NCBI RefSeq assembly: GCF_988243305.1
Contig: NZ_OZ547136.1
Length of the DNA: 64,000 nucleotides
Reading direction: 5' to 3' (one strand)
The notes beneath the pieces were generated by a model. That model saw nothing but the letters and a program-made list of their open reading frames with translations. It was not told where the DNA came from and did no database searches. The position numbers and the translations under genes were made by a program. Below are positions 40,628 to 60,844 of this stretch, piece by piece. Every line of letters begins with the position of its first letter. Position 1 is the stretch's first letter.

Positions 40628-41929
40628 ATGAAAAAACTGTTTATCCAGTTTTACCTGTTATTGTTTGTCTGCTTCCTTGTGATGTCTCTGCTGGTTGGGT
40701 TGGTGTACAAATTTACCGCCGAACGCGCGGGCAAACAGTCGCTGGATGATTTGATGAACAGTTCGCTGTATCTGATGCGCAGCGAATTGCGTGAGATCCC
40801 CCCACACGACTGGGGTAAGACGCTGAAAGAGATGGATTTAAATCTCTCTTTCGATCTGCGTGTCGAGCCACTGAGTAAATACCATCTTGATGATATTTCC
40901 ATGCACCGACTGCGTGGCGGCGAAATTGTCGCCCTGGACGATCAGTACACGTTTTTGCAACGTATCCCGCGCAGCCACTACGTGCTGGCAGTTGGTCCTG
41001 TTCCTTATCTTTATTATCTCCATCAGATGCGATTGCTGGATATCGCCCTGATCGCTTTTATTGCTATTTCCCTCGCCTTTCCGGTGTTTATCTGGATGCG
41101 TCCGCACTGGCAGGATATGTTAAAACTGGAAGCAGCGGCGCAACGATTTGGCGATGGGCATCTCAATGAGCGTATCCACTTTGATGAGGGTTCGAGCTTT
41201 GAACGACTTGGTATCGCATTTAACCAGATGGCGGACAATATCAACGCCTTGATTGCCAGCAAAAAACAGCTTATTGACGGTATCGCTCACGAACTGCGAA
41301 CACCGTTAGTGCGCCTGCGTTATCGACTGGAGATGAGCGATAACCTGAGCGCCGCCGAATCCCAGGCGTTGAATCGTGATATCAGTCAACTTGAAGCTTT
41401 AATTGAAGAGCTGCTGACTTATGCCCGACTCGATCGCCCACAAAACGAGCTTCATCTTAGCGAACCAGACCTGCCGTTGTGGCTGTCAACGCATCTGGCA
41501 GATATTCAGGCAGTAACGCCCGATAAAACGGTACGGATAAAAACGCTCGTGCAAGGCCATTATGCGGCGTTGGATATGCGCTTAATGGAGCGCGTGCTGG
41601 ATAATTTGCTCAATAACGCCCTGCGGTACTGCCATTCAACGGTTGAAACCAGCCTGCTACTGTCGGGGAATAGAGCGACATTAATTGTTGAGGATGATGG
41701 CCCAGGGATTGCCCCAGAAAACCGCGAACATATCTTTGAACCTTTTGTTCGCCTCGATCCCAGCCGGGATCGCTCAACCGGCGGCTGCGGGCTGGGGCTG
41801 GCAATTGTCCACTCTATAGCACTGGCAATGGGCGGTACGGTTAATTGTGACACCAGCGAACTGGGTGGTGCTCGCTTCTCGTTTAGCTGGCCGTTATGGC
41901 ATAACATCCCGCAATTTACCTCTGCCTGA
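40628..41929 (+). CDS. rstB: Two-component sensor histidine kinase
   Basis: TM segments, HAMP region, H-box IAHELRTPL, ATPase G-box GGCGLGLAIV. Confidence 0.9.
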   Translation: MKKLFIQFYLLLFVCFLVMSLLVGLVYKFTAERAGKQSLDDLMNSSLYLMRSELREIPPHDWGKTLKEMDLNLSFDLRVEPLSKYHLDDISMHRLRGGEIVALDDQYTFLQRIPRSHYVLAVGPVPYLYYLHQMRLLDIALIAFIAISLAFPVFIWMRPHWQDMLKLEAAAQRFGDGHLNERIHFDEGSSFERLGIAFNQMADNINALIASKKQLIDGIAHELRTPLVRLRYRLEMSDNLSAAESQALNRDISQLEALIEELLTYARLDRPQNELHLSEPDLPLWLSTHLADIQAVTPDKTVRIKTLVQGHYAALDMRLMERVLDNLLNNALRYCHSTVETSLLLSGNRATLIVEDDGPGIAPENREHIFEPFVRLDPSRDRSTGGCGLGLAIVHSIALAMGGTVNCDTSELGGARFSFSWPLWHNIPQFTSA

Positions 41930-41971
41930 CACTACGCGCACGATGGTCAAGTCACCACCATTGTGCTATAA

Positions 41972-44334
<2,363 letters not shown>

Positions 44335-44447
44335 GGCCTGCTCCTCACCTGATTAATTTTTTCTTTCTGTTTTGCTTTCGTTAAGCAACTTTTAGCTCAC
44401 TCATTATTTACTATTTGATAACAAATGTTTGGTCTTTCGTGCCATGT

Positions 44448-44470
44448 AAAAAAACCGCCCCGAAGGGCGG
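44448..44470 (-). terminator. Rho-independent terminator downstream of fumA
   Basis: Minus strand GCCGCCCTTCGGGGCGG hairpin followed by TTTTTTT. Confidence 0.65.
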
Positions 44471-44476
44471 CTCTGT

Positions 44477-46123
44477 TTATTTCACACAGCGGGTGCACTG
44501 TGTGAGTTGTATCTGCTGGAAGAAGTCATTTCCTTTATCATCCACAAGGATAAACGCCGGGAAATCTTCCACTTCAATTTTCCAGATGGCTTCCATTCCC
44601 AGTTCCGGATATTCAACACATTCCAGGCTCTTAATGCTTCCCTGCGCCAATACAGCTGCCGGACCACCGATACTACCGAGGTAGAAACCGCCGTGTTTTT
44701 TACAGGCATCCGTCACCTGCTGGCTGCGGTTGCCTTTCGCCAGCATGATCATACTTCCGCCCTGCGCTTGCAGTTGATCGACATAAGAATCCATCCGGCC
44801 GGCGGTCGTTGGGCCAAGAGAACCGGAGGCATAACCTTCCGGCGTTTTGGCCGGACCCGCGTAGTAAATCGGATGATCTTTAATATACTGCGGCAGCCCT
44901 TCGCCGTTATCCATCCGCTCTTTCAGTTTGGCGTGAGCAATATCACGACCAACGATAATCGTGCCATTCAGCGACAAGCGCGTAGAAACGGGATACTGCG
45001 ACAACTGTGCGAGGATCTCTTTCATCGGACGGTTAAGGTCAACGCGCACCGCTTCGCCTTCTCCCGCTTTACGCAGCTCTTCAGGGATATATTTACCTGG
45101 ATTATGTTCCAGTTTTTCGATCCAGATCCCCTGACGGTTGATCTTCGCTTTGATATTACGGTCAGCAGAACAGGAGACGCCCATACCGACCGGGCAGGAT
45201 GCGCCGTGACGTGGCAGGCGAATCACGCGGATGTCGTGAGCGAAGTATTTACCACCAAACTGCGCACCCAGACCAAGATTTTGCGCTTCGATCAGCAATT
45301 CTTTTTCCAGTTCCACATCGCGGAACGCCTGACCGTGCTCATTCCCTTCCGTTGGCAGTTCATCATAGTATTTAGCGGAAGCCAGTTTCACCGTTTTAAG
45401 GTTCGTTTCCGCAGAAGTTCCACCAATCACAAATGCAATATGATAGGGAGGACAGGCTGCCGTACCCAGCGTGCGCATTTTCTCAACCAGGTAATTTTTC
45501 AGTTTTCCCGGCGTCAGTAACGCTTTGGTTTCCTGATACAGATACGTCTTGTTTGCCGAACCGCCACCTTTGGCGATACAGAGGAATTTGTACTCGTCGC
45601 CATCAACGGCATAAAGATCGATCTGCGCCGGCAAGTTGGTGCCGGTATTCACCTCTTTATACATATCCAGCGGCGCGTTTTGCGAGTAGCGCAGATTATC
45701 TTCGATATAAGTGTTATAGACACCGCGCGCCAGCGCCGCTTCATCACCACCACCGGTCCATACACGCTGCCCTTTTTTACCAACAATAATCGCGGTGCCG
45801 GTATCCTGACAGGTTGGCAGAACGCCTTTCGCCGCGATGTCGGAGTTGCGCAGGAATTGCAGCGCCACATATTTATCATTTTCGCTGGCTTCCGGGTCAC
45901 GCAGAATGTCGGCCACCTGTTGTTGGTGAGCCGGACGCAGCATAAATGACGCATCATGAAACGCCTGACGCGCCAACAGAGTTAACGCTTCGGGTGCGAC
46001 TTTCAAAATCTCCTGCCCTTCAAATTCAGATACGCTAACGTGTTCGCTGGTTAGCAGGTAATACTCAGTATCATCTTTTTTGAGTGGAAAAGGAGCCTGA
46101 TAATGAAAGGGTTTGTTTGACAT
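44477..46123 (-). CDS. fumA: Class I (Fe-S) fumarate hydratase
   Basis: 548-aa ORF; synteny upstream of fumC. Confidence 0.9.
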   Translation of the reverse strand: MSNKPFHYQAPFPLKKDDTEYYLLTSEHVSVSEFEGQEILKVAPEALTLLARQAFHDASFMLRPAHQQQVADILRDPEASENDKYVALQFLRNSDIAAKGVLPTCQDTGTAIIVGKKGQRVWTGGGDEAALARGVYNTYIEDNLRYSQNAPLDMYKEVNTGTNLPAQIDLYAVDGDEYKFLCIAKGGGSANKTYLYQETKALLTPGKLKNYLVEKMRTLGTAACPPYHIAFVIGGTSAETNLKTVKLASAKYYDELPTEGNEHGQAFRDVELEKELLIEAQNLGLGAQFGGKYFAHDIRVIRLPRHGASCPVGMGVSCSADRNIKAKINRQGIWIEKLEHNPGKYIPEELRKAGEGEAVRVDLNRPMKEILAQLSQYPVSTRLSLNGTIIVGRDIAHAKLKERMDNGEGLPQYIKDHPIYYAGPAKTPEGYASGSLGPTTAGRMDSYVDQLQAQGGSMIMLAKGNRSQQVTDACKKHGGFYLGSIGGPAAVLAQGSIKSLECVEYPELGMEAIWKIEVEDFPAFILVDDKGNDFFQQIQLTQCTRCVK

Positions 46124-46321
46124 TGTTCTCTCACTTACTGCCTGGTTTGGTTATGCTCTGGGCGGGTGTTCCGTTGCCCTGTTAAAAGCGAGTAACAATA
46201 TCCTACACACTTTTTTAACAAAAACTGAGACTAGTACGACTTTTTGCGGCTCCAGGTTACTTCCCGTAGGATTCTTGCTTTAATAGCGGGATTAATTTCC
46301 ACATATAAACAGGGATTGATC

Positions 46322-47497
46322 ATGCAAAAACTCATTAACTCAGTGCAAAACTATGCCTGGGGCAGCAAAACGGCGTTGACTGAACTTTATGGTATGGAAA
46401 ATCCGTCCAGCCAGCCGATGGCCGAGCTGTGGATGGGCGCACATCCGAAAAGCAGTTCACGGGTGCAGAATGCCGCCGGAGATATCGTTTCACTGCGTGA
46501 TGTGATTGAGAGTGATAAATCGACTCTGCTCGGAGAGGCCGTTGCCAAACGCTTTGGCGAACTGCCTTTCCTGTTCAAAGTATTATGCGCAGCACAGCCG
46601 CTCTCCATTCAGGTTCATCCAAACAAACGCAATTCTGAAATCGGTTTTGCCAAAGAAAATGCCGCAGGTATTCCGATGGATGCCGCCGAGCGTAACTATA
46701 AAGATCCTAACCACAAGCCGGAGCTGGTTTTTGCGCTGACGCCTTTCCTTGCGATGAACGCGTTTCGTGAATTTTCCGAGATTGTCTCCCTACTCCAGCC
46801 AGTCGCAGGTGCACATCCGGCGATTGCTCACTTTTTACAACAGCCTGATGCCGAACGTTTAAGCGAACTGTTCGCCAGCCTGCTGAATATGCAGGGGGAA
46901 GAAAAATCCCGCGCGCTGGCGATTTTAAAATCGGCGCTCGACAGTCAGCAGGGTGAACCGTGGCAAACGATTCGTTTAATTTCTGAATTTTACCCGGATG
47001 ACAGCGGTCTGTTCTCCCCGCTGTTGCTGAATGTGGTGAAATTGAATCCTGGCGAAGCGATGTTCCTGTTCGCTGAAACACCGCACGCTTACCTGCAAGG
47101 CGTGGCGCTGGAAGTGATGGCGAACTCCGATAACGTGCTGCGTGCGGGTCTGACGCCTAAATACATTGATATTCCGGAACTGGTTGCCAATGTGAAGTTC
47201 GAAGCCAAACCGGCTAACCAGTTGTTGACCCAGCCGGTGAAACAAGGTGCAGAACTGGACTTCCCGATTCCTGTGGATGATTTTGCCTTCTCGCTGCATG
47301 ACCTTAGTGATAAAGAAACCACCATCAGCCAGCAGAGTGCCGCCATTTTGTTCTGCGTCGAAGGCGATGCAACGCTGTGGAAAGGTTCTCAGCAGTTACA
47401 GCTTAAACCGGGTGAATCAGCGTTTATTGCCGCCAACGAATCACCGGTGACTGTCAAAGGCCACGGCCGTTTAGCGCGTGTTTACAACAAGCTGTAA
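46322..47497 (+). CDS. manA: Mannose-6-phosphate isomerase
   Basis: Start at MQKLINSVQNYAWGSK (391 aa); track ORF extends upstream. Confidence 0.9.
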   Translation: MQKLINSVQNYAWGSKTALTELYGMENPSSQPMAELWMGAHPKSSSRVQNAAGDIVSLRDVIESDKSTLLGEAVAKRFGELPFLFKVLCAAQPLSIQVHPNKRNSEIGFAKENAAGIPMDAAERNYKDPNHKPELVFALTPFLAMNAFREFSEIVSLLQPVAGAHPAIAHFLQQPDAERLSELFASLLNMQGEEKSRALAILKSALDSQQGEPWQTIRLISEFYPDDSGLFSPLLLNVVKLNPGEAMFLFAETPHAYLQGVALEVMANSDNVLRAGLTPKYIDIPELVANVKFEAKPANQLLTQPVKQGAELDFPIPVDDFAFSLHDLSDKETTISQQSAAILFCVEGDATLWKGSQQLQLKPGESAFIAANESPVTVKGHGRLARVYNKL

Positions 47498-47555
47498 GAG
47501 CTTACTGAAAAAATTAACATCTCTTGCTAAGCTTATTAAAGGCTTATAACACCTT

Positions 47556-47584
47556 CAGGCGGCCAGTCCGCCTGATTTCATTTT
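47556..47584 (+). terminator. Rho-independent terminator after manA
   Basis: CAGGCGGCCAGTCCGCCTG hairpin followed by ATTTCATTTT. Confidence 0.55.
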
Positions 47585-47597
47585 ATGGATAATCATT

Positions 47598-49106
47598 ATG
47601 AATAAATCGCTGGTAGCGGTAGGCGTCATTGTTGCGCTAGGCGTAGTCTGGACAGGCGGCGCATGGTATACAGGCAAGAAGATTGAAACCCATCTCGAAG
47701 ACATGGTCGCGCAGGCGAACGCGCAACTCAAACTGACCGCTCCTGAATCCAACCTGGAAGTGAGTTATCAAAACTATCATCGCGGCGTATTCAGCAGTCA
47801 GCTGCAACTGTTGGTGAAACCCATTGCCGGGAAAGAAAATCCGTGGATTAAAAGCGGTCAGAGCGTCATCTTCAACGAATCGGTTGATCATGGTCCCTTC
47901 CCCCTTGCCCAGCTTAAAAAACTGAACCTGATCCCGTCGATGGCATCAATTCAAACCACGCTGGTTAATAACGAAGTTAGCAAGCCACTGTTTGATATGG
48001 CAAAAGGTGAAACGCCTTTTGAGATTAACTCCCGCATTGGTTACAGCGGAGATTCCAGTTCCGATATTTCGCTCAAGCCACTGAATTACGAGCAAAAGGA
48101 TGAAAAAGTCGCCTTTAGCGGCGGCGAGTTCCAGTTAAATGCAGACAGAGACGGCAAAGCTATCTCCCTTTCCGGGGAGGCGCAAAGTGGTCGGATAGAC
48201 GCGGTTAACGAATATAACCAGAAAGTACAGTTGACCTTTAATAATCTGAAAACCGACGGTTCCAGCACGCTGGCAAGTTTTGGTGAGCGCGTAGGAAATC
48301 AAAAACTATCACTGGAAAAAATGACCATTTCAGTGGAAGGCAAAGAACTGGCACTGCTGGAAGGCATGGAGATCAGCGGTAAATCGGATCTGGTCAATGA
48401 CGGTAAAACGATCAATAGCCAACTGGATTACTCGCTAAACAGCCTGAAGGTACAGAATCAGGATCTGGGCAGCGGCAAGCTGACTTTAAAAGTCGGCCAA
48501 ATTGATGGCGAAGCCTGGCATCAGTTTAGCCAGCAATATAACGCGCAAACTCAGGCGCTGCTGGCACAGCCAGAAATTGCCAACAATCCCGAACTTTATC
48601 AGGAAAAAGTGACGGAAGCCTTCTTTAGCGCCCTGCCGCTGATGTTGAAAGGCGATCCGGTGATTACTATCGCGCCGCTAAGCTGGAAAAACAGTCAGGG
48701 TGAAAGTGCGCTGAATCTGTCGCTGTTCCTGAAAGATCCGGCAACGACTAAAGAAGCGCCGCAAACGCTGGCGCAGGAAGTAGATCGTTCGGTTAAATCT
48801 CTGGATGCGAAACTGACCATTCCGGTGGATATGGCAACTGAGTTTATGACTCAGGTAGCGAAGCTGGAAGGTTATCAGGAAGATCAAGCGAAAAAACTGG
48901 CGAAACAGCAAGTTGAAGGTGCATCAGCAATGGGGCAGATGTTCCGTCTGACCACCTTGCAGGACAATACCATCACCACCAGCCTGCAATATGCTAACGG
49001 TCAGATCACGTTAAACGGGCAGAAAATGCCACTGGAAGATTTTGTTGGGATGTTTGCGATGCCGGCATTAAACGTTCCGGCTGTACCCGCTATTCCGCAG
49101 CAGTAA
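47598..49106 (+). CDS. ydgA: DUF945-family protein with N-terminal membrane anchor
   Basis: 502-aa ORF with N-terminal hydrophobic segment. Confidence 0.85.
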   Translation: MNKSLVAVGVIVALGVVWTGGAWYTGKKIETHLEDMVAQANAQLKLTAPESNLEVSYQNYHRGVFSSQLQLLVKPIAGKENPWIKSGQSVIFNESVDHGPFPLAQLKKLNLIPSMASIQTTLVNNEVSKPLFDMAKGETPFEINSRIGYSGDSSSDISLKPLNYEQKDEKVAFSGGEFQLNADRDGKAISLSGEAQSGRIDAVNEYNQKVQLTFNNLKTDGSSTLASFGERVGNQKLSLEKMTISVEGKELALLEGMEISGKSDLVNDGKTINSQLDYSLNSLKVQNQDLGSGKLTLKVGQIDGEAWHQFSQQYNAQTQALLAQPEIANNPELYQEKVTEAFFSALPLMLKGDPVITIAPLSWKNSQGESALNLSLFLKDPATTKEAPQTLAQEVDRSVKSLDAKLTIPVDMATEFMTQVAKLEGYQEDQAKKLAKQQVEGASAMGQMFRLTTLQDNTITTSLQYANGQITLNGQKMPLEDFVGMFAMPALNVPAVPAIPQQ

Positions 49107-49120
49107 TTCACAGCCAAAAC

Positions 49121-49150
49121 GCCGGAGATTTTTCTCTCCGGCATTTTTTT
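49121..49150. terminator. Terminator between convergent ydgA and uidC
   Basis: GCCGGAGATTTTTCTCTCCGGC hairpin followed by ATTTTTTT on the plus strand. Confidence 0.65.
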
Positions 49151-49151
49151 C

Positions 49152-50417
49152 TTACTTCAGCATAAAGTCATACTGAATACTCCTTTTCACATCCCAGTAA
49201 TTCAGGCGATCGCCCAGCGCACTGCCATCGCGCTTTTCCCGCCCTTTATCGGCAGCAAGAAAGAAATTCATCCCTTGTAACGGCCCTTCGCTGACCCGAT
49301 AGTTCATACCACCTAAGATACCCGCGCCTTCAATCCGCACATCTCGTTTACTGGATTCATAGCCGCGAGTCACAATCGGTGCAAATGTCATCGTAAATTG
49401 CGGGGTTAAACGATAATTGACACCCAATTGCCAGGACTGCATTCCTTCACGGTTACGATCAAGACTTAATGAAAAGGGATAGCCAATGTCGGTATCCACC
49501 ACGGCACCATTCATTGCATGGCGCAAATAACCACCACTGCCAAATACGCTTCCCCACGGCGCATTCCAGGTCAATTGTCCACTAACCAACGCCGTTTCAT
49601 TGGGCTGGCTGGTATTACGACTTAAACCTTCAAGTTGCGCGTAAAAGCCGAGCAACTCCCCTTTCAACGTATAATTCGGGTCAAGCGGTATGCTTTTCTC
49701 GAGAATACTTTGTATCTGATTGGAAACATCTTTCTGTACCGATGCCCCCAGAGAATAGCGACTGGTATCATCATGCCAACTGGCGGCTAAAAAAGAACGT
49801 GCGCGATGTTTATCGTATTTTCCCGTCTGGCTGTTATACACCCCTTCATCACGAATACCGGTTGTTGAATCAGTCCATAAAAATACTCGTGAACGCCACA
49901 TTCCCCACAGATCAATATTTGGCGTTAAAGCCCAATAACCTAATGCTCCTTCAGAAACTGTCGGTAATGTACGTTGCGAACTGCCAGCCATTAACGGAAT
50001 ACGATAAGGTAAGCTACCATAACTATAATCCGTCCCGAAGCGACCTAATTTTAGCAGGCTATTTTCACTGGGTTTTATTTTTACTGCCCCCAGGGCAAAG
50101 CCAAAACTTTTATCACCATCAAGATACCACCGGGTACTCATATCAGCACGAGCACCTAATTTATAAACATAATACGCTCCGCCTTCAACGCCAATAATAT
50201 TGGAATAATAACCACTATTGAAATCGAGCAATCCTCCCTGTACCCATGCGTAAATATCTCTTCCCGCGCCAGCACTGGGCTTATCAGCCCTGCGCAATTC
50301 GTTTTTCAGTCTGATGCGTAGTCCCGCTTCATCGTCAGCCAGTTGCGCCGCGTAAGCAGAGGTAAGGCCAGAGGCAGCCGTCAGGCAAATAACGGCCATG
50401 GCCACTATTTTTCTCAT
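49152..50417 (-). CDS. uidC: Outer membrane porin for glucuronides
   Basis: 421-aa ORF with signal peptide and C-terminal aromatic residue; last gene of uid operon. Confidence 0.85.
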   Translation of the reverse strand: MRKIVAMAVICLTAASGLTSAYAAQLADDEAGLRIRLKNELRRADKPSAGAGRDIYAWVQGGLLDFNSGYYSNIIGVEGGAYYVYKLGARADMSTRWYLDGDKSFGFALGAVKIKPSENSLLKLGRFGTDYSYGSLPYRIPLMAGSSQRTLPTVSEGALGYWALTPNIDLWGMWRSRVFLWTDSTTGIRDEGVYNSQTGKYDKHRARSFLAASWHDDTSRYSLGASVQKDVSNQIQSILEKSIPLDPNYTLKGELLGFYAQLEGLSRNTSQPNETALVSGQLTWNAPWGSVFGSGGYLRHAMNGAVVDTDIGYPFSLSLDRNREGMQSWQLGVNYRLTPQFTMTFAPIVTRGYESSKRDVRIEGAGILGGMNYRVSEGPLQGMNFFLAADKGREKRDGSALGDRLNYWDVKRSIQYDFMLK

Positions 50418-50455
50418 AGTTGCACCTTTGATGTTCTGATTATTTTTATTGAATA

Positions 50456-53688
<3,233 letters not shown>

Positions 53689-54026
53689 TTAACCAATTCT
53701 GTGTTGCACACAGTTATCTGTGAGAAACCCATGGAAGAGAAATGGAAATAAAAAGAACTGACACCGCGATCAAAAAACCAAAAACTGCAATACCCACAGC
53801 GTGATATAGATCGCATTAATCTTTAAAACAGCGTTGACATAAGCCACAAAATAAGCAATCGAACGTTCGTTCGAGCATATTGGGAACGATAAACTCTCAT
53901 GACATATGGCTACAGTGAATATTTGGGGGGAATTCTCCGAACCCAGGAAGGATATTTTTTGCACAGAGAAATTACGATATGAAACGCGGGCTCAGTTGTC
54001 ACCAGCCCGCGGAAAGAGAGAGAGGA

Positions 54027-54617
54027 TCAGGATGCGGTTAAGATACCGCCAATCATCGCGCGTAATCCCTGAGCAAACGACGCTTCACGCGCCAGATCTT
54101 CCGCTTCGATATCGGCCAGTACACCGTAGGTCAGATCCAGCAGTAAACGTGAAGTCATTGCCGTGTTGATGTCTGGGCTTATCTCGCCTTTTTGCTGGGC
54201 ATCACGCATCCGCTGGGCAACAAATTCCGTGATCGTCATATGTTTATTTTTAAGCATGGCGGCGACCTGTGGGTTACGCATCCCTTCCGCCATAATTTCA
54301 ACCACCAGCGCCCGTTGTCCAAAGGCTTCATGGGTGAGAGAGACAATGGACTCGACCATATAGTCAACAAAATGAATCCCTTCAATCGGTTCCCGGAAAC
54401 GGGCCAGCGCCCTCTCCTGGTCCTGTAAGATAATCGCCTGAATCAAGGCTTCTTTGGAGATGAAATGGTGATAGAGCGTCCCGGGACTAATGGCGCAAGA
54501 TTTACAGATGGCTTTCATCGAGGCACTGTGAAATCCATTTTCTGAAAAAATCTCTCTGGCAGCATTGAGGATCCGGGTCCGTGTCGGTTGTGCTTCAGTC
54601 TGCATGTTATCCATCAT
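54027..54617 (-). CDS. uidR: TetR-family repressor of the uid operon
   Basis: 196-aa ORF with N-terminal TetR HTH; upstream of uidA. Confidence 0.9.
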   Translation of the reverse strand: MMDNMQTEAQPTRTRILNAAREIFSENGFHSASMKAICKSCAISPGTLYHHFISKEALIQAIILQDQERALARFREPIEGIHFVDYMVESIVSLTHEAFGQRALVVEIMAEGMRNPQVAAMLKNKHMTITEFVAQRMRDAQQKGEISPDINTAMTSRLLLDLTYGVLADIEAEDLAREASFAQGLRAMIGGILTAS

Positions 54618-54845
54618 TAAACCATTATAGTTAGCGTGAATAACTAGTTTACCGCGTTGTCAGGTGAGCGCCTATCATTGCTGTTGAATAGTGCGAAGGT
54701 ACACTCTATTCGTATACTTTTCACCCAACAATTGGTTAACCAATAGCCGTGATTTGGCTGCCAGTTGTTTCGCAGAGACGTTGATGAGTTGTTCACGCTA
54801 TCCCGGTATACAACACGTACGGCTGTTTACCGGTCCGTTAGTGTA

Positions 54846-55613
54846 TTAATTGAGCTCCTGTACCCCACCACCGGAGACGGTGAGAATTTGTCCGCTTACC
54901 CAGCTGGCTGCAGGCGAGCAAAGGAACAGCGCCGCGTTAGCAATATCTTGCGGTTGGCCCAGACGTCTGATCGGCGTGTGTTGTAACATTTTTTGTTCAA
55001 TTTCTGGTGTAATAACGGATTTCAGGGCATCGGTTAATATTGCCCCCGGCGCAATGCCATTTACCCGAATATTTTTTTCACCCAGGTCAAACGCCATATT
55101 TCTGACCAGATGACTGGCCGCAGCTTTAGATGATGCATAGGAAGTCATGTTTATATTTTTATTTTCTGCCGCCATAGAAGTGATGGTCAGAATAACGCCA
55201 CCACCATTTTTTTCCATTTCTGGCGCAACAAGTTGTGACAGATGGAAAAAAGAAAACACATTCAGTTCATAAGCACGGCGAAAATCCGCCATTGGCATAT
55301 CAAACGGTTTAGGACCACCGCCACCGGCGTTGTTAACCAGAATATCAACTTTACCCAGCTTACTGACGGCAAAGTCTGCCAGTGCAGAGAGTTCCTGTTC
55401 GGACGTAATATCACAACGCCAGGCAAATGCCTGACCACCCAGTTGTTGAATTTTGTCTACAACATGGTTAGCTGCGTCGGCGTTAATATCACTGACCACC
55501 ACAGATGCGCCAGCTGTCGCGAATGTAATGGCGATTTCTTTACCAATACCTGCACCCGCACCTGTGATGATGGCGCATTTTCCGTCGAGTCTCAGGTTGT
55601 CAGAATTAAACAC
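54846..55613 (-). CDS. hdhA: 7-alpha-hydroxysteroid dehydrogenase (SDR family)
   Basis: 255-aa SDR with GAGAGIG Rossmann motif and YASSK catalytic motif. Confidence 0.9.
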   Translation of the reverse strand: MFNSDNLRLDGKCAIITGAGAGIGKEIAITFATAGASVVVSDINADAANHVVDKIQQLGGQAFAWRCDITSEQELSALADFAVSKLGKVDILVNNAGGGGPKPFDMPMADFRRAYELNVFSFFHLSQLVAPEMEKNGGGVILTITSMAAENKNINMTSYASSKAAASHLVRNMAFDLGEKNIRVNGIAPGAILTDALKSVITPEIEQKMLQHTPIRRLGQPQDIANAALFLCSPAASWVSGQILTVSGGGVQELN

Positions 55614-55724
55614 ATAAACCTCCTGTGAACTTCAGTAAAAATAAAAGGCACCGCCTGTGTGCCACATTTTTTATCATTAACCTTGAGGAAAGGACACTAC
55701 CAGGTATAGCAGATAAAGAGAGGA

Positions 55725-58520
<2,796 letters not shown>

Positions 58521-58529
58521 GGATAAGAT

Positions 58530-59702
58530 ATGTTCGATTTTTCAAAGGTCGTGGATCGTCATGGCACATGGTGTACGCAGTGGGATTATGTCGCTGACCG
58601 TTTCGGCACTGCTGACCTGTTACCGTTCACGATTTCAGACATGGATTTTGCCACTGCCCCCTGCATTATCGAGGCGCTGAATCAGCGCCTGATGCACGGC
58701 GTGTTTGGCTACAGCCGCTGGAAAAACGATGAGTTTCTCGCGGCTATTGCCCACTGGTTTTCCACCCAGCATTACACCGCCATTGATACGCAGTCGGTGG
58801 TGTATGGCCCTTCTGTTATCTACATGGTCTCGGAACTGATTCGTCAGTGGTCTGAAAAAGGTGAAGGCGTGGTGATCCACACACCCGCCTATGACGCATT
58901 TTACAAGGCCATTGAAGGTAACCAGCGCACAGTAATGCCCGTCGCTTTAGAGAAGCGGGCTGACGGCTGGTTTTGCGATATGGGCAAGCTGGAAGCCGTG
59001 TTGGCGAAACCAGAATGTAAAATTATGCTCCTGTGTAGCCCACAGAATCCTACCGGGAAAGTGTGGACGTGCGATGAACTGGAGATCATGGCTGACCTGT
59101 GCGAGCGTCATGGTGTGCGGGTTATTTCCGATGAAATCCATATGGATATGGTCTGGGGCGAGCAGCCGCATATTCCCTGGAGTAATGTGGCGCGGGGAGA
59201 CTGGGCGTTGCTGACGTCGGGATCGAAAAGTTTCAATATTCCCGCGCTGACCGGTGCTTATGGGATTATAGAAAATAGCAGCAGCCGTGATGCCTATTTA
59301 TCGGCACTGAAAGGACGTGATGGGCTTTCTTCCCCTTCGGTACTGGCGTTAACTGCCCATATCGCCGCCTATCAGCAAGGCGCGCCGTGGCTGGATGCCT
59401 TACGCGTCTATCTGAAAGATAACCTGACGTATATCGCAGATAAAATGAACTCCGCGCTCCCTGAACTCAACTGGCAGATCCCGCAATCCACTTATCTGGC
59501 CTGGATTGATCTACGTCCGTTGAATATTGACGACAACGCGTTGCAAAAAGCGCTTATCGAGCAAGAGAAGGTCGCGATCATGCCGGGGTATACCTACGGT
59601 GAAGAAGGTCGTGGTTTTGTCCGTCTCAATGCCGGGTGCCCGCGTTCGAAACTGGAAAAAGGTGTTGCTGGATTAATTAACGCCATCCGCGCTGTTCGTT
59701 AA
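58530..59702 (+). CDS. malY: PLP-dependent cystathionine beta-lyase-like enzyme / MalT-regulon modulator
   Basis: 390-aa aminotransferase class I/II fold; follows malX. Confidence 0.9.
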   Translation: MFDFSKVVDRHGTWCTQWDYVADRFGTADLLPFTISDMDFATAPCIIEALNQRLMHGVFGYSRWKNDEFLAAIAHWFSTQHYTAIDTQSVVYGPSVIYMVSELIRQWSEKGEGVVIHTPAYDAFYKAIEGNQRTVMPVALEKRADGWFCDMGKLEAVLAKPECKIMLLCSPQNPTGKVWTCDELEIMADLCERHGVRVISDEIHMDMVWGEQPHIPWSNVARGDWALLTSGSKSFNIPALTGAYGIIENSSSRDAYLSALKGRDGLSSPSVLALTAHIAAYQQGAPWLDALRVYLKDNLTYIADKMNSALPELNWQIPQSTYLAWIDLRPLNIDDNALQKALIEQEKVAIMPGYTYGEEGRGFVRLNAGCPRSKLEKGVAGLINAIRAVR

Positions 59703-59805
59703 CCCCAATTGCGCAACGTAAAAAATCGTTGCGCAATCGTGGATTTTTACCCTGCTTTGTTTTTATAATGGTGCGCACTTTTATATCCAGAAAAAGAGTG
59801 CGACC

Positions 59806-60807
59806 ATGATTGATACCACCCTGCCATTAACTGATATCCATCGCCACCTTGATGGCAACATTCGTCCCCAGACCATTCTTGAACTTGGCCGCCAGTATAA
59901 TATCTCGCTTCCTGCACAATCCCTGGAAACACTGATTCCCCACGTTCAGGTCATTGCCAACGAACCCGATCTGGTGAGCTTTCTGACCAAACTTGACTGG
60001 GGCGTTAAAGTTCTCGCCTCTCTTGATGCCTGTCGCCGCGTGGCATTTGAAAACATTGAAGATGCAGCCCGTCACGGCCTGCACTATGTCGAGCTGCGTT
60101 TTTCACCAGGCTACATGGCAATGGCACATCAGCTGCCTGTAGCGGGTGTTGTCGAAGCGGTGATCGATGGCGTACGTGAAGGTTGCCGCACCTTTGGTGT
60201 GCAGGCGAAGCTTATCGGCATTATGAGCCGGACCTTCGGCGAAGCCGCCTGTCAGCAAGAGCTGGAGGCCTTTTTAGCCCACCGTGACCAGATTACCGCA
60301 CTTGATTTAGCCGGTGATGAACTTGGTTTCCCAGGAAGTCTGTTCCTTTCTCACTTCAACCGCGCGCGTGATGCGGGCTGGCATATTACCGTCCATGCAG
60401 GCGAAGCTGCCGGGCCGGAAAGCATCTGGCAGGCGATTCGTGAACTGGGGGCGGAACGTATTGGACATGGCGTAAAAGCCATTGAAGATCGGGCGCTGAT
60501 GGATTTTCTCGCCGAGCAGCAAATTGGTATTGAATCCTGTCTGACCTCCAATATTCAGACCAGCACCGTGGCAGAGCTGGCGGCACATCCGCTGAAAACG
60601 TTCCTTGAGCATGGCATTCGTGCCAGCATTAACACTGACGATCCCGGCGTACAGGGAGTGGATATCATTCACGAATATACCGTTGCCGCGCCGGCTGCTG
60701 GGTTATCCCGCGAGCAAATCCGCCAGGCGCAGATTAATGGTCTGGAAATGGCTTTCCTCAGCGCAGAGGAAAAACGCGCACTGCGAGAAAAAGTCGCTGC
60801 GAAGTAA
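59806..60807 (+). CDS. add: Adenosine deaminase
   Basis: 333-aa ORF with metal-binding HxH (DIHRHLDG) near N-terminus. Confidence 0.9.
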
Positions 60808-60814
60808 CAAAAAT

Positions 60815-60844
60815 GGATGGTGCTAATTGCACCATCCTCTTTTC
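60815..60844. terminator. Terminator between convergent add and ydgJ
   Basis: GGATGGTGCTAATTGCACCATCC hairpin followed by TCTTTTC. Confidence 0.6.

Noticed and set aside
44507-45520. 337-aa plus-strand ORF
   Set aside because: Entirely antisense to the fumA coding region; no independent support.
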